From Octopus vulgaris (lineage: Eukaryota), in NCBI GenBank assembly GCA_951406725.2, contig OX597816.1, positions 48,298,001-48,362,000 of the forward strand: a DNA stretch of 64,000 nt, given 5' to 3'. Positions 13,714 through 27,389 of the stretch are shown one piece after another (position 1 is the first letter of the stretch; each line of letters starts with the position of its first letter). The notes under the pieces are model-generated. The model had not been told where the DNA came from. It did no database searches and saw only the letters and a list, made by a program, of their open reading frames with translations. The translations under genes and the position numbers were made by a program.

Positions 13714-14082
13714 AACTAGCAGCACAGCCTGGCGTTTCCCAGGTATGTAAGAGCCCCATGTGTAGGTTGCAATGTCTTCTCTTCACTCGAATACTTCTGT
13801 GTATACGATGTTCCTAGCTGTCCCTAGCTGTCGAGTTGTGTCCCCTAGACAGAAAATGTGTTGCATATAAAAAGCTTAGATTCTCGACCCCATGTCGAAT
13901 TTATCGATTTTTTTCAGAGCTGGGAGAACTTTTCAAAATTTTCGCTGCGTTAGTTTTGAATTATGACATTGGGCTATGTGTGTGTCAAGTTTCATCAGAA
14001 TCGGTTGAAAGCCGTGGTCAGGGTGAGGGTACAACCTGACAGACACACAGACAGACAAACTGCCGTTTATATAGAGAAAGAT
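13714..14082 (+). mobile_element. Non-autonomous Helentron/HINE(DINE-1)-like element
   Basis: 5' actagcag...gcctggcgtttcccaggt with a short inverted repeat, internal gtcaagtttcatcagaatcgg, (CAGA)n, and 3' tttatatagagaaagat. This is the architecture of HINE-type elements. Confidence 0.45.
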
Positions 14083-15021
14083 AATCTTTTCTGTTATAGG
14101 CACGAGGCCTGAAACTTGTGAGAAGAGGACTAGTTGATTACACTAACATCAGTATTTCACTGGTATTAATTTTATTGACCCTAAAAGGTTGAAAGGCAAA
14201 GTCGACCTTGGCGGCATTTGAACCCAGAGTGTAAAGACGGATGAAATACCTATTTCTTTATTACCCACAAGGGGCTAAACACAGAGGAGACAAACAAGGA
14301 CAGACATAGGTATTAAGTTGACTACATCGACCCCAGTGCGTAACTGGTACTTAATTTATCGACCCCGAAAGGATGAAAGGCAAAGTCGACCTCAGTGAAA
14401 TACCATTAAGCATTTTGCCCAGGGTGTCAACAATTCAGCCACCTCACCACCTTAATAATAATAATAAGAAGAAGAATAATAAGAATAACAATAACAATAA
14501 TAATTCTTTCTACTGTAGGCACAAGGATTGAAATTTTGGAGGGGAGGGTAAGTCAATTACAAGTACTGGGGGGGGGCATGTAATCAACCCCAGTACTTAA
14601 TTGGTACTTATTTTATCAATGCTGAAAGTACAAAAGGTCATCTTTACCTCAGACTGTAAAGAGCCAGAACAAATACTGTGAAGCATTTTCTTCTATATTC
14701 TACCAATCTTGCCAATTCAAATATTATTATTTAATAATAATATTAATAACAATAATGATAATAATAATAATAGTAGTAGTAATGATAATAATGGTAGTAA
14801 TTATAATGATGATAAAGTATATATAATAATGATAATGATAATAATAATACTAATAATAGTTTTGTCATCTGCTTTTTGTATGCGATGAATTAGTCTGCTG
14901 TGATTATATGCAATATGGGGTACTATTTATTTCCCTGATTTGTATATACATCCATTTCTTTAAAGTACACAAGCAATAGATAAAAGACCAAAAAAAAAAA
15001 ATTAGAAAAAAAAAAAAACCA

Positions 15022-15086
15022 AAACATTAAGACAAGTCTTGATAGCTAGTCATTATGACTAGCTATCAAGAATTGTCTCAATGTTT
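15022..15086. other. 65-nt near-perfect palindrome/hairpin
   Basis: aaacattaagacaagtcttgatagctagtcat-t-atgactagctatcaagaattgtctcaatgttt: 32-bp arms with 2 mismatches and a 1-nt spacer. Confidence 0.9.
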
Positions 15087-15586
15087 CCACTAACAATTCT
15101 CTGCTGCATTTCCGCTATTTACTCGTTTTCTTTTCTTCTCTTTTCCCCCGTTTCATTAATGCTGTTAATATTCTCGTAAGAGTTTTTTATTTTGCAATTT
15201 CTCTGAAATTCTAAGGCTCTATCTAGGCTTCTATTTTTATATGCGTGCACTGTTTTCCTTTTTTTTTGCCCCCCTATTTCTTTGTTCCCTTCATCTCATT
15301 GATATGTGCACAACTTGGGCCTCAATATACTATGAAGTGCTCATTCTATTCAAGGATTTATTCTGGTGATAATTTTATTACTACCACCAGTATTCTATAT
15401 TATTACATACAGCTGCTTTTCAAAACTGACAAACATTTGATACTGGGGTAATTTGATTTGTTTTCTAAAGGATCCTTCTTTGATCTACATCTGACACAAG
15501 TGTTTGTCAACCAGACGCAGTATTGCTGTTGCTGGTGCTGTTTGGTACTGTTTAACCCTGGGCCAATTCTGATCAAGCACAGACCT

Positions 15587-15935
15587 TTTACTCTTTTACT
15601 TGTTTCAGTCATTTAACCGTGACCATGCTGGAGCACCGCCTTTAGTCGAGCAAATTGACCCCAGAACTTATCCTTTGTAAGCCTAGTACTTATTCTATCG
15701 GTCTCTTTTGCTGAATCGCTAAGTTACAGGGATGTAAACACACCAGCATCGGTTGTCAAGCGATGTTGGTTGGGACAAACACAGACACACAAACACACAT
15801 ATATATACATATATACGACAGGCTTCTTTCAGTTTCCATCTACCAAATCCACTCACAAGGCTTTGGTTGGCTTGAGGCTATAGTAGAAGACACTTGCCCA
15901 AAGTGCCACGCAGTGGGACTGAACCCGGAACCATG
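15587..15935 (-). mobile_element. tRNA-derived SINE (family 1), 5'-truncated
   Basis: Reverse complement of the family seen full length at 32620-33029 and 63084-63572. Confidence 0.85.
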
Positions 15936-16261
15936 CTCTCTCTCTCTCTCTCTTTTTGCTTTTCCCTTCCCTCCTTAATTGCCTCCCTTCTACCCTATCC
16001 TCTCTCCTTCCCTCTCTCTTACTCTTCTGCCTCTCTCTTTCCCTCCCTCATTCCTTAGTCCCTCCACCACTCTTCCTCTCTCCTACTCATGGTTGGTGAC
16101 CAGTCAAAGCTTGTCATACATTTTTGGTCTGCTGTTGACCAAACCAGACATGTTTTGTGTTCTGCCCATCAAGGACTTTTTCCATTTCTTTGTGCTACCC
16201 CACTACGTCTGTCTTGATAGATGATAAGGCTTTTTCTGTGTGTGTTATATTGTTTTATTAA

Positions 16262-17920
16262 GTTGTCCAGAAAGTTCTGAGCACTTTTAAGCTAAATCTT
16301 TTTTTACACTTCATTGAACACTCTTGAAATGTAACACAGTTAAAACTTAGGCATTGCTTGAAGTTGTAGTGCATCTCTTCTTTGTTCTTGACTAAAAATA
16401 GATTTATCTTTCATTCCAGTTACCCTTTATTGACATTTGAAATGGATAATCGAAGATTTCATATTTGTGTTGTAATGCTTTACTTTTTTTTAAAAAAGGA
16501 GAAAAAGCTGCAAAGACTTGCAAAAACATTTGCGAAGTTTATGGTGATGATGATGCTGAAGGTGAATCAACTGTTTGAAGGAAGGTGGTTTGCAAAATTT
16601 AAAGCTGGTGCGTTTAGCTTGGGAGATGACAGTTGCAGTGGAAGACCTTCAAAACTGGATAAAGACGTTTTGAAGGCAAAAATCAAAGGAAACTCAAATA
16701 TCACGACTTGAAGAGGAGTTAGAAGTTTCTAAAGCTATGGCTCAAGAACATCTAGTGAAGCTAGGATACATTTCTCACTATAATGTATAGGCCCCCTCAC
16801 AAACTCTCAGACAAAAAATTGCTTGAACCGGTGTTCTGTTTGTAATATGCTTTTGAAATGGAATAAAAACATATCTTTTTTGCAACAACTTGTGACTGGA
16901 GATGAGAAAAAAAATTGTGTACAAAAACATAGTGCAAAAAAGATCTTGGAGTTTGCATGATGGTTCCCAAAAACAGCAACCAAAGACGAATATCCATGCC
17001 AAAAAAGCTATGCTTTGTGTTTGGTGGAATCATAAATGCATTATTTATTATGAGCTTCTCCCACAAAACCAGAACAGTAGTGTTTGGTGGGATCATGAAT
17101 GCATTATTTATTATGAGCTTCTCCCACAAAACCAGAGCAGCAGTGTTTGGTGGGATCATAAATGCATTATTTATTATGAGCTTCTCCCACAAAACCAGAG
17201 CAGCAGTGTTTGATTGGATCATAAATGCATTATTTATTATGAGCTTCTCCCACAAAACCAGAGCAGCAGTGTTTGGTGGGATCATAAATGCATTATTTAT
17301 TATGAGCTTCTCCCACAAAACCAGAGCAATAGTGTTTGGTGGGATCATAAATGCATTATTTATTATGAGCTTCTCCCACAAAACCAGAGCAATAGTGTTT
17401 GGTGGGATCATAAATGCATTATTTATTATGAGCTTCTCCCACAAAACCAGAGCAGTAATTCTAATGGGTACTGTCATCAGCTGGCTAATTTGAACCAAGA
17501 AACCAAAGAATTGAGGTCAGAGATTGCCAACAGCAAAGGGGTAATGTTCCAACAAGACGACACCCAACCACATGTATCTTTGGCTAACCAAGCAAAGTTA
17601 CATGAACTTGGCTGTGATCTCTTACTCCATCCAATATATTCCCCTGATATTGTGCCATCTGACTACCAGATGTTTTTGTCTCTACAGAACTCATTGCAAG
17701 AAAAAAACATTTAATGATTTAGATGGAGTCAAAATGCATCTAGAAAACTCTTTTTCTTCGAAACCAGTCAAATTTTATGCTGATGCAATATTTAAATTGC
17801 CTCATAGATGGGCAAAGGTCATTAGTAATAATGGAAATTGTTTTATTGAATAACATTTATTGAAAGGTAAATAATTTATATCCCTTGTATATTTAAAAAT
17901 GCTCAGAACTTTCCAGACAC
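16262..17920 (+). mobile_element. Mariner (DD34D) transposon with defective transposase
   Basis: TIRs gttgtccagaaagttctgagcac / atgctcagaactttccagacac. Motifs WFAKFKAG..SLGDDSCSGRPS, VTGDEK, MLCVWW, FQQDDTQPH and HPIYSPDIVPSDY are present with frameshifts and stops. Confidence 0.92.
17018..17455 (+). repeat. 7 x 63-bp tandem repeat inside the mariner transposase
   Basis: Units start at 17018, 17081, 17144, 17207, 17270, 17333 and 17396 and encode VWWDHKCIIYYELLPQNQSSS. Copy 4 has a TGG>TGA stop at 17211. Confidence 0.95.
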
Positions 17921-18302
17921 ACACACACACACACAGACATGCACACACAAGGAGACAGAGGTGCATACATATACAAACACATGCTCACACACATACAATT
18001 TTTTTTTCTCTTTTTCTTTTGAATATAAGGTATGAAATTATGCAAAATTTACGATAACATTTCAGTTTTATTCTGTTCGAAATGCCTGCTACTCCAGTCA
18101 GTGGAAAGCCTCTCATTACAGCTTACTGTAATAACAATTCTATCACTCTCCCTCACCTACATTTAATGTCCTCCCCAACTGCCACTCATTCTTCATTTTT
18201 GTTTCAGTCTCCCTCTACCACTGTGACCGTGAATAGAATCACTATGTAAATGATCATATGTGATTTGCATACATCTCCCTCACACACTCATTCTCTCCTT
18301 TC

Positions 18303-18350
<48 letters not shown>

Positions 18351-18669
18351 CTTGATTGTACCAACGTGTCAAAAAATAGAATTTGTGATTTATATGTGTC
18401 TGATGATTCACTATGTTTCTTCACCAGATTTGGTGCATGTGTGTTCATTCAGAGGATGTGGTTTTAATCTGTGCATGCTTGTCCATCAACACACGAAATT
18501 CAGAGTGGCAATTGATTAGCTTAAATCATAAACTTTGAATGCATACATGTTTGTGAGTGAGAGTGGCTATTTATGTGAGTGTAGTTCAACTACATGGTTC
18601 TAGGTTCAGTCCCGCTACATGGAATCTTGAGTTAGTGCCTTACAAATAGATCTGGTAGATAGATACTGT

Positions 18670-18699
18670 CATATATATATGTATGTATATGTATGTATA

Positions 18700-18758
<59 letters not shown>

Positions 18759-18981
18759 GTATATGTATGTATATATATATATGTGTGTCTATATATATAT
18801 ATGCATGTATATATATGTATGTATATATATGTATATATATATGTGTATATATGTGTATATATATATGTGTATATATATATGTATATATATATGTATATGT
18901 ATATATATATATGTGTATATATATGTATATATGTATGTGTATATATGTATATATATGTATATATATATGTGTATATATGTG

Positions 18982-19014
<33 letters not shown>

Positions 19015-19065
19015 GTGTATATATATATATGTGTATATATATATATGTGTATATATATATATGTG

Positions 19066-19096
<31 letters not shown>

Positions 19097-19097
19097 G
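18670..19097. repeat. (TA)n/(TATG)n compound microsatellite
   Basis: Seen directly. Similar tracts occur at 20357-20520, 30926-31520, 37325-37424, 41600-41660, 49919-49970 and 62528-62580. Confidence 0.95.
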
Positions 19098-20345
19098 TAC
19101 CCCTCCTAAAAAAAGACCACAGAATGAACACAATCCTCCAAACACACACGATCATAAAAAGCAAAAGACAGCCTAGATCCATGAAAAGTCTCCTTACACA
19201 AGCCCAAATTCACTCTTCAACACAGAAGCCACAGTAAAAAAATGTGGAAGACCCAATTGCGGGATATGCGACTATCTAATCGAGGGTTCTGAGTTCTCCT
19301 TCAAACAGGGACAACGGTTTACAGTGAAAAGCAACTTCACATGTGCTTCGGAGAACCTAATATACTCACTAACCTGCTCCGGGTGTCAAGAGCAGTACAT
19401 AGGCCAAACAAAAAATGGTTTGCGTAAACGAATGGCCCTGCACAGATCCCAGATAAAAATTCCCCAAAACAGAAAAATAGCTTTTAGCCAACACATAGAT
19501 ACTTGCGCCAACAAAAAAACACCAAACTTCAGAATTTTCCCCCTCTACCAATTTAGGGATGATACACTTACACCCATTCATATTCTCCCTTCTCTGTTTT
19601 TTTTTTTTCTTCTTCTTCTTCTTCCTCTTCTTCTTCATCAACATCATTATCATCATCATCGTCGTCATCATCATCACCACCATCATCACCACCATCTTCT
19701 CCTTCTCCTTCTTCTTCTTCCTCTTCTTCTTCATCAACATCATTATCATCATCATCGTCGTCATCATCATCACCACCATCATCACCACCATCTTCTCCTT
19801 CTCCTCCTTCTTCTTCTTCTTCTTCTTCATCATCATCATTATCATCATCATTGTCGTCATAATCATCACCACCATCATCGTCATCTTCTCCTTCTTCTTC
19901 TTCTTCTTCTTCTTCTTCTACTTCTCCACCCCCTACCCCTTAACTTTGTCACTAATGTTTTTTAGTATAACACCTAAGCTAATTCTATAAACAAGCCTGT
20001 CAATATAAATATTCTCCTGAATTGAACTGAGACTGCCAGCCGCCACTGACCATTCAAAATACGACCATCAGGGCACTCCCAGATTCTCCCACCCCCCTTT
20101 CCTCTACTACCCTACCAAGAACTCACAACTACCTTGAACACACAAGTGCAAACAAGGGAGTCAGAGAAAGGCAGAATGCCACTTAAATCTGAACACTACT
20201 ATAGAAATATTCTTTTAAAAAAACTTTTCTTCTAATTTTTCTAAATTTAATTATTTAATCGTTACAGTTGAAAAGGTCTCAAAATGACCGAAACCGGTAC
20301 TGAAATGTTCACTATAAAATTATTTTAGCATTTTCTATTTTTGAC
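19098..20345 (+). mobile_element. Penelope-like element 3' fragment (GIY-YIG endonuclease plus pLTR)
   Basis: KCGRPNCGICDYL...FTCASENLIYSLTCSGCQEQYIGQTKNGLRKRMALHRSQI gives a Cys-rich linker and an LIY...YIG motif. A (CAT)/(CTT) low-complexity insertion sits at 19575-19925 and a hammerhead lies downstream. Confidence 0.85.
20265..20302 (+). ncRNA. Minimal type I hammerhead ribozyme motif, U3:A8 core variant
   Basis: cag TTGAAAA ggtc tcaaaat gacc GAAA ccgg TA ctg: perfect stems I and II, palindromic stem III CCGG, and a GUA cleavage triplet. It lies in the pLTR of a GIY-YIG Penelope fragment. Confidence 0.75.
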
Positions 20346-20388
20346 TTGTTTTTTCATATATATATGTATATATATATGTATATATATG

Positions 20389-20497
<109 letters not shown>

Positions 20498-20529
20498 GTA
20501 TATATATATATGTATATATAAAACTTTTT

Positions 20530-20850
20530 GACTTGTTTCAGCTTTAAAACTGCAGTCATGTTGGGGCACCCACTGGCTGTGCTACACTTTCATTATTTAA
20601 AACCTCCTCTGATATGTGGCATTTGGTGAATAAGGGACTTTGATGCTACTGCCCTCATCTGTGTTTCCTGCCATGAGGTAGGTTCATCTGGAACCTGTGA
20701 CAGGAGGAGATCCGGTTTTGTTTTGAAGACACCTACATCCACACCATGCATGTCTCTCGGGCATTTTGGAAGGATACTGAAAGCTGTTTGCTCCTGAAAC
20801 CTCAGTTGTTGCAGTATCTGATACTGTATTTTGATGGCAATGGTTGGACC
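20530..20850 (-). mobile_element. CR1-group LINE 3' fragment
   Basis: FSILPKCPRDMHGVDVGVFKTKPDLLLSQVPDEPT, the same family as 37435-37812, with tail gtgccccaacatgactgcag. Confidence 0.75.
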
Positions 20851-21057
20851 TATGTGTGTGTGTGTGTGTCTTTGTGTTTGTCCCCCTCCCCCCACCACTG
20901 CTTGACAACTGGTGCTATGTCTTGTGTTCCTATAACGTAGCGGTTTGGCAAAAGAGATTGAGAGAATAAGTACCAGTCCTCAACATGTCCACATTCCAAT
21001 GTCTGAAACAAGTAAAAGATAAAAGATACTCTCTCTCTCTCCCATGCATGCATGCAT

Positions 21058-21059
<2 letters not shown>

Positions 21060-21138
<79 letters not shown>
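21060..21138. repeat. (CA)n microsatellite
   Basis: Pure CA tract seen directly. Confidence 0.95.
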
Positions 21139-21142
<4 letters not shown>

Positions 21143-21419
21143 TGTATGTATATATATATTGAAAAGTTGGTATTTTGACAAAGCTACCATAACAGTTAAC
21201 CTTTGCTTGGAACTCCATGTAAATCTATGTAAGCGCAATTTTCAGATATACATTTGAATAGATTACAGAGCATATATCCAAGATCAAAAACAATTTTTGT
21301 AACCAAATCTCCTGTTATATTCTGATCTTGTGTGTTCGCGCATATACATACATATAAACATACATATATGTATGTATATGTGTATGTATACGTACATACA
21401 TCCATACATACATACATAT

Positions 21420-21475
<56 letters not shown>

Positions 21476-23217
21476 CTTTAACTTTTGAAACTTTTTCCAC
21501 ATATCTCAAAGATATATATATTGGAGACATGAATCTTGGGAGCTATTATAATAGTAGATATTTCAGTAAAGCAGAGGTTAGTACATTCCCCCAAAACAAT
21601 GCATATTGATCAAACTCTTCTTTGGTACTTAGGATTTGCAGAGAACTTAGCAGTTTGAAGCAGCTTGAAGCTGAGTAAATATGGCTGCACTTTGTTGTCT
21701 TGTTACAAACAGTTATTATTTGTCAATGTATCAAATGTGTGTGTGTGTGTGTGTGTATCAATCACTGATCTCTGTATGATCCAAACTACTGGATGTTGTT
21801 AAACACTGATGGTCAGAATGTACTTACATAATTGTAGCTTTCAAATGATGCCAGTCTTGTTTTAGCTTTGCCCATTTACTACCGAGTGAGCTGGAGCAAT
21901 TTGGAGCCATGCACCACCGATCTGGGAATCAAAACCACCGTCTTGCAATTACGACATGAGTCTTCTCTTCTTGTGTTGTAACAGCATTCACACAGGAGGG
22001 GTTAAACCAGCTCCTAATGAGTTCACCGCGTCATGGATCAAGGCGTCCAAACACATCTGTTGCCTAGGTCGACTTTGCTTTTCATCTTTTCAGGGTCAGT
22101 AAAATAAGTACAATTGCATACTGGGATTGTTCTAATTGACTGGCTCCCTCCCACCAAAAAATTTCGGGCCTTGTACCTAGAGGAGAAAAGATTATGCAAA
22201 GCTACAATGTATGTCCCCTTACCTTCTGATGTTCCCTGTACTTTATTCTTCTTTTACTACACCCTAAATAAGGTATTAGGAAGTAGGTGGGAAGGAAGCA
22301 TTGAAGCAAAGCTGAATTGAGAGCCATTTGATGTGGGCACCTGCACTTTACAAGGGAATTAGGACATATTTGTATGATTTATACATCAGAATATTCATTA
22401 TATCTATAATTTGTTTTAATCAGTTCCGTCTTTGATCTTCATTAAATGTTTTAATTTTGGTTATCATCATCATCATCATCATCATTTAATGTCCACTTTT
22501 CTAAGCTTGCATGGGTTGGATGGAATTTTTTTGAGGTAAAGTTTCTACAGCTGGATACCCTTCCTGTTGCCAATCCTTGCCTATTTTTCAAGCAAGGTAA
22601 TATTTCTTCATGGATATATATGTGTATCATGGGAGACTGGAAATGAATGTATGATGGTGATACTCATTTATAACCATCATTTAATATCTAGACAAAAGTA
22701 TGCACAAATACCCACACACACACATATACACATATGTTCATATACCATGGGCTTCTTTCAGTTTCCATCTACCAAATTCATTCACAAGATTTTGGTTGGC
22801 CAGGTCTATAGAACAAGACACCAGCCTTATGTGCCATGCAGTAGAATTGAACCTGGTACCATGTAGTTAGGAAGCAAGCTTCTCAAGCACATAGCCACTT
22901 CTGTGCCTATAGCTGTACCCCTACACCTATATAAATATTGTAAATATTGTAAATATCTACAGGCATCACTGTGTGGTAAGAAGCTTGCTTCCCTACCATA
23001 TGGTTCTGAGTTCAAGCACACTGTGTAGCACCTTGGAAAAGTATCTTCTACTATAGTTTGAGGCTGACCAAAGCCTTTTGAGTGAATTTGGTAAACAGAA
23101 ACTGAAGAAGCCTGTTGTGTGAGTGTGTGTGTGTCTTTGTATTTTGTATATATCTGTATGTGCATTTCTATGCCTTGTTACTTGTGTATATATGTATAGC
23201 CATAAACATTTGCATGT

Positions 23218-23439
23218 ACTCTTTTACTCTTTTACTTGTTTCAGTCATTTTTTACTGTGGCCATGCTGGAGCACTGCCTTTAGTAGAGCAAATTGACCCC
23301 AGGACTTATTCTCTGTAAGCCTAGTAATTATTCTATCTTATGCTGAACCGCTAAGTTATGAAGACTAAAACACACCAGCATCGATTGTCAAGCGATGTTA
23401 GTGGGGACAAACACAGACACACAAACATATACACACATA

Positions 23440-23474
<35 letters not shown>

Positions 23475-23633
23475 GATGGGCTTCTTTCAGTTTCTGTCTA
23501 CCGAATCCACTCACAAGGCTTTGGTTGACCTGAGGCTATAGTAGAAGACACTTGCCCAAGGTGCCACACAGTGGGACTGAACCCGGAACCATGTGGTTGG
23601 TAAGCAAGCTACTTATCACACAGCCACTCCTAC
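23218..23633 (-). mobile_element. tRNA-derived SINE (family 1), full length
   Basis: Head gcgtaggagtggctgtg.gataagtagcttgc...ggttccgggttcagtccc (A/B boxes), internal (TA/TG)n, and tail gactgaaacaagtaaaagagtaaaagag. Confidence 0.88.
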
Positions 23634-24667
23634 GCAATACTTTTTGAATATGTATGTGTACATCAGTCACTTTGATAACATATTATTTAAAAATTGTAAA
23701 AACGATTTTCTTTTAAAAAACAAGCAAAAATGATGCTATATTCATATCAGTATATATTGGCTTTCTTGCATGTATGTGTGTGTGTATATCTCTCTAGAGT
23801 TTATTTTGGATGTTTGGGTATTTTTTTTTTTTTTAGTATGTACGTGAAAATGTGTATTAGTTATTTTGGCATTTCACTTGGCCAAATTATACAATGTTTT
23901 TTGAAACTACAAAAGGAAACAAAAAAAACAGACAAAAAAACCCCGATATAGACTTAATTGCATGATTCCTACATGGAACAAAGCATGACATTAAATTATT
24001 TAACAGCTTGTCTGCTTCAACTTAGTCCATAATTTCTATAAGTGTTGATTGCTTATTGCTGTTAAATGTGACTTTTGCTGTGTACATTGTATACATACGA
24101 GTGTGAATAGATGTAGTTGAGCATTTTCTGTTGTTATCAATAGCTCTGTTGTTTGACCACATTCTGTTGTGTTTGTTGTGAATAAACTCTACTATATAAA
24201 TACATGCTTACATACAAAGCATATTTATTATAAGAAGTATCATCATGATCATGATCATAGTGATGATCATCATCATCATTAAGGGCAATGGACTGGCAGA
24301 AACATTAGGATGCTCTGCAGTATTTGTTCTGGTTCTTTATATTCTGAGTTCAAATCTGGTTAAGAGCAACTTCGTCTTTCATCTTTTATTTAGTACTTTA
24401 TTTGGTACTTTATTTAGTAGGTAGGCCCCTTCCTCTCAAAATTGTCAGCCTTGTCCCAAAATTAGAAAGTATTATAATAATAATAATAATGATAATAATA
24501 ATATTCTGAGCTCAAATTTTGCAGACTTTAACTTTGCTTTCCGTCTTCTCGGGGTTGATAAAATAGGTACTGGCTGAGCACTGAGGCAGTCAACTTAGGG
24601 TTAGGGTTTGAAAATGCTGGCTTTTTGCCAAAATTTGAAACCATCATCATCATCATCATCGTCATCA

Positions 24668-24708
<41 letters not shown>

Positions 24709-27389
24709 GAGGTGGCGATCTGGCAGAATCGTTAGCATGCCAGACAAAATGCTTAATGGTATTTCGTCTGTCTTTACATTCTGTGTTCAAATTCTGCTGA
24801 GGTTGACTTTGCTTTTGATCCTTTCAGAGTCAATAAATCAAGTAACCAGATTCTATAGGCCTTGTACCTATAGTTAAAGATTATTATTATTATTTTATCA
24901 TCATCATTATTGTTAAGGCAGTGAGCTGGCAGAATTGTTAGCACGCTGGGCAAAATACTTAGCTACATTTTGTCCATCTACATGTTCTGAGTTCAAATTC
25001 CACTGAGGGTAATCAATTAACTAAAACATTGTTCTACCTCAAATTCATCCAAGGTAACTTTGTCTTTCATCCTTCCATGACCAATAAAATATAGTACCAG
25101 TTAAGTGGTGGGATTGATGTAGTTCACTAACTCCCTCAACTCAAAAACTCGTGGTTTGTGCCTTATCAAAAAATTATTCTTTTCTACTCTAGGCACAAGG
25201 CCTAAAATTTTTGAAGTGGGGCTGCCAGTTAATTAGATCTACCCCAGTGTGCAACTAGTACTTAATTTATTGACCCTGAAAGGATGAAAGGCAACGTTGA
25301 CCTCGGTGAAATTTGAACTCAGAGCATAAAGACAAATGAAATAATCACTAAGCATTTTGCCTGGCGTGCTAACATTTCTGCCAGCTCGCCGCCTTCTTAA
25401 TCCAAAATTATTATCAAGGGCTGTGTGTTAGCAGAATCATTAAAGTATTACAGTATTTCTTTTAGCTCTTTACATTCTAAGCTCAAATCCTGCAGAGGCC
25501 AACTTTACCTTTCATCTCTCTATAGCCAATATAATCATGTATCGGTTTGATGTGATCATCTAGATACCCCTCCAAATCACAGACTTGTGACAATCTTACA
25601 AATAATTTTCATTACTAGATGGTTCCGCGCCTTCAAAACTGAAGGCTAATTGTAGTATTTTATATGTATATAAGGACAAAAGATAGAATATGGATGGTAA
25701 TTCAAATTGATACACTCCTCAGTGTTATCTAGTGTTTGTATTTTGAGATGTGGCATAAATACCATCATTTGTTACTGAAAGAATGCCGGTTCACACATAT
25801 AAACATTCACATACTTTCCTTGTACATGCACACACACACACACACACACATACACAGTTGAAATGCTGTTTGATTTCTCTTTTCAGCATAGAATTTCCAC
25901 CATCTTATTTCCATTGCACACACACACACATACATTCACACATTCACATACCTCCCTTTTATATACATGCACATATACTCACACAGAGTTGAAACACTGT
26001 TTGATTTTTTTTCACCATAGAATTTCCATCATCCCACTACCAGTCTGCCATCACCACTACCTTCCTTATTCATCTATCACCTCTTCCTTTCTCATTCATA
26101 TGTTGTGACGGAGAAAAACACAAGAGTATTATTACAGTAGATTATTAATCCACATTTTCATCTGTCTTAATGTTCTGAATTCAAATTCCACTGAAGTAGA
26201 CTTTGACTTTTGTCCCTTTTGGGTCGATAAAATCAGTACCAGTTGAGCACCGGGGCTGATGTAATCGACTTACCCCCTCACCCCCGAACCTGCTAGCCTT
26301 GTGCCAAAATTTGAAACCATTATTAATCAACTTTCCTTCTTCTTCCACAGTACCGATAGTATCCTAGGCATTGCCTTGATAAAATTTTCTCCCTCTTGAG
26401 TAAAATTTTGGTATTAGGACTAAGTCAGAAATCCTCTTCCACCTACTTATTAGTGATGAAAATTTTATGTTAGGATTAGAAAGTTAGATTAGGTTCTTTA
26501 CTATCTAGGATGATGTTGAATAGTATATAGTTAAAACATTTGATGCCTGTCACCTGCTGTGTCTTCATATTTCAGCAGAAATATAACACGCGCATACACA
26601 CACACACACACTTATACACATATATATACAGGCAATGCTTCTGCATTGCTAGGCAAGGCTGTGCGGTAAGAAGGCGGCAAACTGGCAGAAATGTTAACAC
26701 ACCAGACGAAATGCTTAGCGATATTTCGCCTGCTGTTACATTCTGAGTTCAAATTCTGCTGAGGTCGACTATGCCTTTTATCCTTTCAGGGTCAATAGAT
26801 TAAGTACCAGTTACGCACTGGGGTCAATGTAATCGACTTAATCCGTTTGTCTGTCTTTGTTTGTCCCCTCTATGTTTAGCCCCTTGTGGGCAATAAAGAA
26901 ATAAGAAGCCTGCTTTCCAACCACGTGGTTCCAGGTTCAGTCTCACTGTGTGGCACCTTGGGCAAGTGTCTTCTACTACAACCTTGGGCCAACCGAAGTC
27001 TTGTGAGTGGATTTGGTTGATGGAAACTCAAAGAAGCTTGTCATATATGTGTGTATGTGTGTGTGTGTGTCTTTGTATCTGTGTTTGTCCCCTGTCACCA
27101 CTTGAAACCAGTGTTGGTGTGTTTACATCCCCATATCTTAGCAGTTTAGTAAAAGTGACTGATAGAATAAGTACCAGGCTTTTAAAAAAATAAGTCCTGG
27201 GGTCGATTCATATGACTAAAAAAATTGTTGAAGGTCGTACCCCAGCATGGCTGCAGTCTAATGACTGAAAGAAGTAAAAGATAAAAGATGTGTTAATGTG
27301 TGTGTTTACACACACACACACACACACACATATGTTGATCAGTTGTAATGCTGTGATACACTATATTTAATCAGCCATGGTCATAGTTT

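Noticed and set aside
17018-17455. CRISPR-like array
   Set aside because: There are no unique spacers. It is a pure head-to-tail 63-bp repeat of mariner transposase sequence in eukaryotic DNA.
18640-19237. Long YI/CV-rich ORFs (also 20335-20569, 30793-31700 and many others)
   Set aside because: These are translations of (TA)n/(TG)n microsatellites.
19559-19990. Poly-His/Leu/Ile ORF extensions
   Set aside because: This is a (CAT)n/(CTT)n low-complexity insertion with an internal duplication interrupting the Penelope ORF.
23998-24067. Imperfect hairpin (atttaacagc...gctgttaaat) as a pre-miRNA
   Set aside because: Only the outer 10 bp pair well and the internal loops are large.
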